NCBI GenBank assembly: GCA_963726455.1
Contig: CAVSCK010000004.1
Span: 384,001-448,000, forward strand
Length of the DNA: 64,000 nucleotides
Reading direction: 5' to 3'
Source: an uncultured bacterium
Lineage (GTDB): Bacteria > Zixibacteria > MSB-5A5 > CAIYYT01
The notes under the pieces are model-generated. The model made no database searches. It worked only from the letters and a program-made list of their open reading frames with translations, and was not told the origin of the DNA. Every line of letters starts with the position of its first letter. Position 1 is the stretch's first letter. This document shows, one piece after another, positions 61,601 to 64,000 of the stretch. The translations under genes were made by a program, and so were the position numbers.

Positions 61601-61712
61601 AGAGCGCCTCCGCGATTTGCAGTTGGCGCAGATCAAGAAACTACGGGCCGCGGGCTCTCCTGATCACCCGTTTTCCTGGGGCGCATTTATCGCTCTTGGA
61701 GATTGGCGCTAA
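58668..61712 (+). CDS. Secreted TPR-CHAT (caspase/HetF-family) cysteine protease 2
   Basis: TTG start with AAGGAGG SD; signal peptide VSA|ET; ~9 TPRs; IHLATHG (61197) and VLSACETG (61431). Confidence 0.93.
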   Translation: MKLTRRLAILLGIMILGLQMPVSAETWKDLLDRADSLASARNQDSAIVIGRLALEETKAEFGGNDTATARVFNRLAVCYFYKGAYDQADTLYHGALAIWERVLGPDHPSVANGLSNISLVYYCQARYSEAEQCDMRALAIREKAFGPDHPDVATSLTALASLYVEQARYADAELYYKRALAIREKAFGPENKDVAASLNNLATAYFRETRFAEAEPLFRRSLAICEKILSPDHPYIPKLLSNLAGIYNELRRYAEAEQAFKKVLAIQERAVGPDHPDVATSLFNLANVYTRQERDADAIPLYKRALEIREKALGPDHPDVATTLSCLAMADYYLARYSDAEPLLKRALQIRENTLGPNHPDVALSLNDLAMLYTYQGRYADAESLYQRALGIEEKASGPDNRDVAYFRESYSTHYRVTGQLGPGIAEAAKAFNIRLKNFRDNAYILSEMDALPYSTEIRNDCGSYLSCLLDNGMSAPEYLGQAGNIVLESKGIVSEGIMQRQQALVTEKDSTTLALAESLRSARLQISQLYSEGPGDDTTGLYRSEVDSLARIANDLEAELSRHSASFQRRQDVNNISVARIDSVLPSSTSLVEYLTWDYHQLRPDSLIPRYLALVIDKGKGPKIINLGDASEIEPLVGRYLKHMQGIASGGRQPNAADMLEYRSLSQSIYEKVWKPLENHLRKGQRVFVALDGSLNLVSIAGLMDEKGTYVTEKYILHHLSSGRDLIRLKDQGVEGHGLLAIGDPDFDASIDARMNKTSEPLLAAALTSDTEYQTRNVRSGCGSLSDLKVESLPFTRNEVQEVGLLWQGKGKDSVQLFVGAQATEDAFKTQAPGKRVIHLATHGYYLTGQCASPLEARRGLGSDQEFVGENPLLQSGLLLAGSNLHGAGCDSAHCEDGILSASEVAGMDLSGTDLVVLSACETGLGEVKSGEGVYGLRRAFQMAGARTVISSLWPVPDQATADVMSQLYGLSNKPIPERLRDLQLAQIKKLRAAGSPDHPFSWGAFIALGDWR

Positions 61713-61715
61713 CTA
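61491..61715 (+). repeat. 225-bp direct repeat, copy 2 (3' end of CHAT gene 2)
   Basis: Near-identical to 58353-58577. Confidence 0.9.
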
Positions 61716-61761
61716 AACGCCCTTTCGCTTGTACTTGGTTGAGGGGCAGATGGAGGAATCG

Positions 61762-62736
61762 ATGAAAAGTAGATACTACTCGAAGAACAATCGTACGAGT
61801 CGGAGCATCGCTTTGGTAGCATTGATGATCTTTGTTTCACTGGGGTCAGCAATTGCCCTGGGTGCAAACGAAGCCGCGGTCGCAAAGATAGTTGATTGCC
61901 AGATGCCGGTTTCGATCCACGGCCCGAAGTCATCTTCCGCAGTTATCGGCGCAGAACTTCACGGCAATGATACGGTCATGGTAGCTCAAAATGGTTCTGC
62001 CACGCTAGTGTTTGTTGACGGTGTGCTGCAGAAGTTCGTCGGCCCCAGTGTGATCATCATGTCATCAAAAGATAAGTCGGAACAGGGACTGCTGGGGAAG
62101 TTGGCAACTGGACTCGCGGAATTGTTCTTCCCAAGTGGCAGTGAAACCGAACGCGCGCGCCTTGCGGTCCGGGGTATAAATACTTCGGAAAAGCCGTCGC
62201 TGACGGTTCCGCTCCTCATGTTTCCGCCTTCGGGGGGCTTTCTGATGACTGCTCCCGATCATCTGGAGTGGCTGCCCATAGACAATGCGACTTTGTATAC
62301 GGTTTCTCTCTATGATCAGAATCGTCTCATATTCACGACACGAACGCACGATGCGATACTATCTCTTCCGGGAGACTCCCTTCCGTTAGAGGCCGGCCAG
62401 TCTTATTATTGGACTGTTCAGACAGACATCGGAAACGGTTCTTTGCGATCCGAGCAGTCAGCATTCGGAATGATCGACACTTTGAGTCACGCTACTGTGA
62501 TGAATGCTCTCAAAGAGATCAATAGTTCCGCTTTTGATTCACGATTGGCAACGGTGTTGCGGATCAACCTGTATCAAAGTCATGGCCTATTGGTCGATGA
62601 GAATCGGGAAGCCGACGATTTGCTCAGGCAGTATCCTCATGATTACACGGGATTGTTGGTGAAGGCGCAACTCTGCGAGGCGATGAACATGTATCGCGAT
62701 GCCGCATCCTATTATAGACAAGCGCTCGCGCGTTGA
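61762..62736 (+). CDS. Secreted protein: FecR-like beta domain, Ig/DUF928-like domain and C-terminal TPR-like helices
   Basis: GGAGG SD, signal peptide; GAELHGNDTVMVAQNGSATLVFVDG; AVRG; LEWLP....LYTVSLYD...LPLEAGQSYYWTV. Confidence 0.65.
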   Translation: MKSRYYSKNNRTSRSIALVALMIFVSLGSAIALGANEAAVAKIVDCQMPVSIHGPKSSSAVIGAELHGNDTVMVAQNGSATLVFVDGVLQKFVGPSVIIMSSKDKSEQGLLGKLATGLAELFFPSGSETERARLAVRGINTSEKPSLTVPLLMFPPSGGFLMTAPDHLEWLPIDNATLYTVSLYDQNRLIFTTRTHDAILSLPGDSLPLEAGQSYYWTVQTDIGNGSLRSEQSAFGMIDTLSHATVMNALKEINSSAFDSRLATVLRINLYQSHGLLVDENREADDLLRQYPHDYTGLLVKAQLCEAMNMYRDAASYYRQALAR

Positions 62737-62742
62737 CGCCCG

Positions 62743-64000
62743 GTGACGAATCTGGCACACTTATATCGAAGACTATCCCGGTCGTTCCGTGCTGTCTTCG
62801 CGGTCATCGTGGGACTGCTTGTCCTGTCGCTGACAGCGCATTTTGGCTGGTTCGACCACCTGGAACAAAGACTATACGACATTGGCCTCAATCTTAAAAA
62901 CGCTCCGGTCTCCGGGTCCCAATGCGTGATCATTGCCATAGACAATGCCACTCTCGATAAGTGGTCGGGCCCTCGATTTCCCATCTCGTTGCACCTTGGT
63001 GAACTGACCCGCCTGGTGAAAGCACTCGATTCGGCCGGCGCGAGGGTAATCTGCATTGACCTCCTCTTCGATCGTCTAGAGGCCGCCAAACGCGAAGACA
63101 TCAGTTGCTTCGCCGACGCCTGCAAGAAGGCAGGCAACGTACTGCTGGCTTCTGCAGTTGAAGACACCAGCGACATTCTGGGCGATCGTTACAACTCGTC
63201 GCAACTAAACCTGCCGTGGCCGACTTTGAATGAAGCAGTCGCCGGAGTCGGGCTCGCAGATGTTCCCATTGATTTTGACGGAATGATTCGGCGTGTGGAG
63301 AAAACGGCACGTTTTCAGGGCGCGCTCCTGCCTTCACTTTCTGCGCAGGCAGTGGCACTATACAATCAGGACAATCTCGAAATTGCCTCTCAAGACAACA
63401 CGTACCTAATTGACTATTCCTGGCTCTCCAGGATAAAGACAATCTCAGCCCAGGATGTCATTGATGTGAGTGGTGTCGCCGAATTTGCGCGCGGCAAAAT
63501 CGCAGTGATCGGAGTGACTGACGACGGTGCCAATGATAGTTATCACGTTCCCATAAACTCAGCAAGTGGCAAACCACTTATATTACCGGGTGTAGTGGTT
63601 CACGCTGCCGCAGTGCAAAGTCTGCTTTCTGACAGGAAGATAAAACTCTCGTCTGCTCTAGTTAATCTGCCGCTCTTTGTTTTGGTAGCCGTCCCATTCG
63701 TATTCCTTTCCCAGGCGCGAAGGACGTGGATTACAGTTGCCTGCTACATGGCCGCTGCGCCATTACTCATAGTAGTTTCCGTTTTGGCTGTTCCCTTAAT
63801 GTATCTCATGCTACCCGTCATCAAGTCGCTTTTCAGTCTGGCGGTGGTTATTGGAGTTCAGATGGTTCTTGGGATTACACTCTTGCGTAGAGAAACGATA
63901 TCTCAACTTGCCGTGATCACGGAATTCAGTGAGGATATGCAATCGGCCAAAGTCATTCAACAGCATTTGCAGCCCCGAAATGTGCCTGTGCATCCAGGTC
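62743..64000 (+). CDS. CHASE2-domain membrane sensor with the start of a SpoIIE/PP2C (RsbU-like) phosphatase; truncated by the window end
   Basis: Absent from the ORF track (no stop in window). From GTG 62743: TM, LEQRLYD, VIIAIDNATL, AGARVICIDLLFD, DFDGMIRR, PGVVVHA, ~3 TM helices, then EDMQSAKVIQQHLQP. Confidence 0.85.
   Translation, partial: MTNLAHLYRRLSRSFRAVFAVIVGLLVLSLTAHFGWFDHLEQRLYDIGLNLKNAPVSGSQCVIIAIDNATLDKWSGPRFPISLHLGELTRLVKALDSAGARVICIDLLFDRLEAAKREDISCFADACKKAGNVLLASAVEDTSDILGDRYNSSQLNLPWPTLNEAVAGVGLADVPIDFDGMIRRVEKTARFQGALLPSLSAQAVALYNQDNLEIASQDNTYLIDYSWLSRIKTISAQDVIDVSGVAEFARGKIAVIGVTDDGANDSYHVPINSASGKPLILPGVVVHAAAVQSLLSDRKIKLSSALVNLPLFVLVAVPFVFLSQARRTWITVACYMAAAPLLIVVSVLAVPLMYLMLPVIKSLFSLAVVIGVQMVLGITLLRRETISQLAVITEFSEDMQSAKVIQQHLQPRNVPVHPG

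Noticed and set aside
55284-61712. TPR-CHAT as a CRISPR type III-E Craspase component
   Set aside because: No cas genes or array in the window, and the proteins have signal peptides
58353-61715. 3'-end repeat pair as a diversity-generating retroelement TR/VR
   Set aside because: Mismatches are synonymous and not adenine-specific, both copies are coding, and no reverse transcriptase is in the window

Overview
A 64-kb bacterial chromosome segment from a diderm (lptD, bamD, lolA present). The many C-terminal dockerin-type domains and one FlgD/T9SS-like C-terminal domain suggest Zixibacteria or a related FCB-group lineage; this is inference only. Three zones: (1) 1-9 kb, secreted proteins: M28 peptidase-dockerin, a propeller-BACON-cohesin-CTD protein and a dockerin protein; (2) 9-43 kb, housekeeping genes: dinB, aminotransferase, dapF, MFS, argS, a degenerate AroA-fold gene, MATE, HDAC, FAH, trans-sulfuration enzyme, lptD, ftsK, lolA, rimO, SLT, bamD, nadD, polA, coaE, porin-pstS with a Pho box, and prpD-like/comA-like genes; (3) 43-64 kb, accessory genes: a minus-strand cluster of dockerin-bearing surface proteins with an S74-chaperone fibre, then two signal-peptide-bearing TPR-CHAT caspase-family proteases, a FecR-like/Ig-like secreted protein and a CHASE2-PP2C(SpoIIE) sensor truncated by the window end. 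The best candidates for an undescribed system are the exported caspase-like protease to CHASE2-phosphatase module and the dockerin-based surface-protein/fibre assembly. Other oddities: DapF with both catalytic Cys replaced by Ser, an AroA-fold protein lacking catalytic motifs, a CTG start for rimO, and a highly structured ~225-nt intergenic element. Four genes carry frameshifts that mostly look like single-base insertions, probably sequencing errors. No tRNA, rRNA, CRISPR array or transposase was seen. All domain calls are by eye from motifs.
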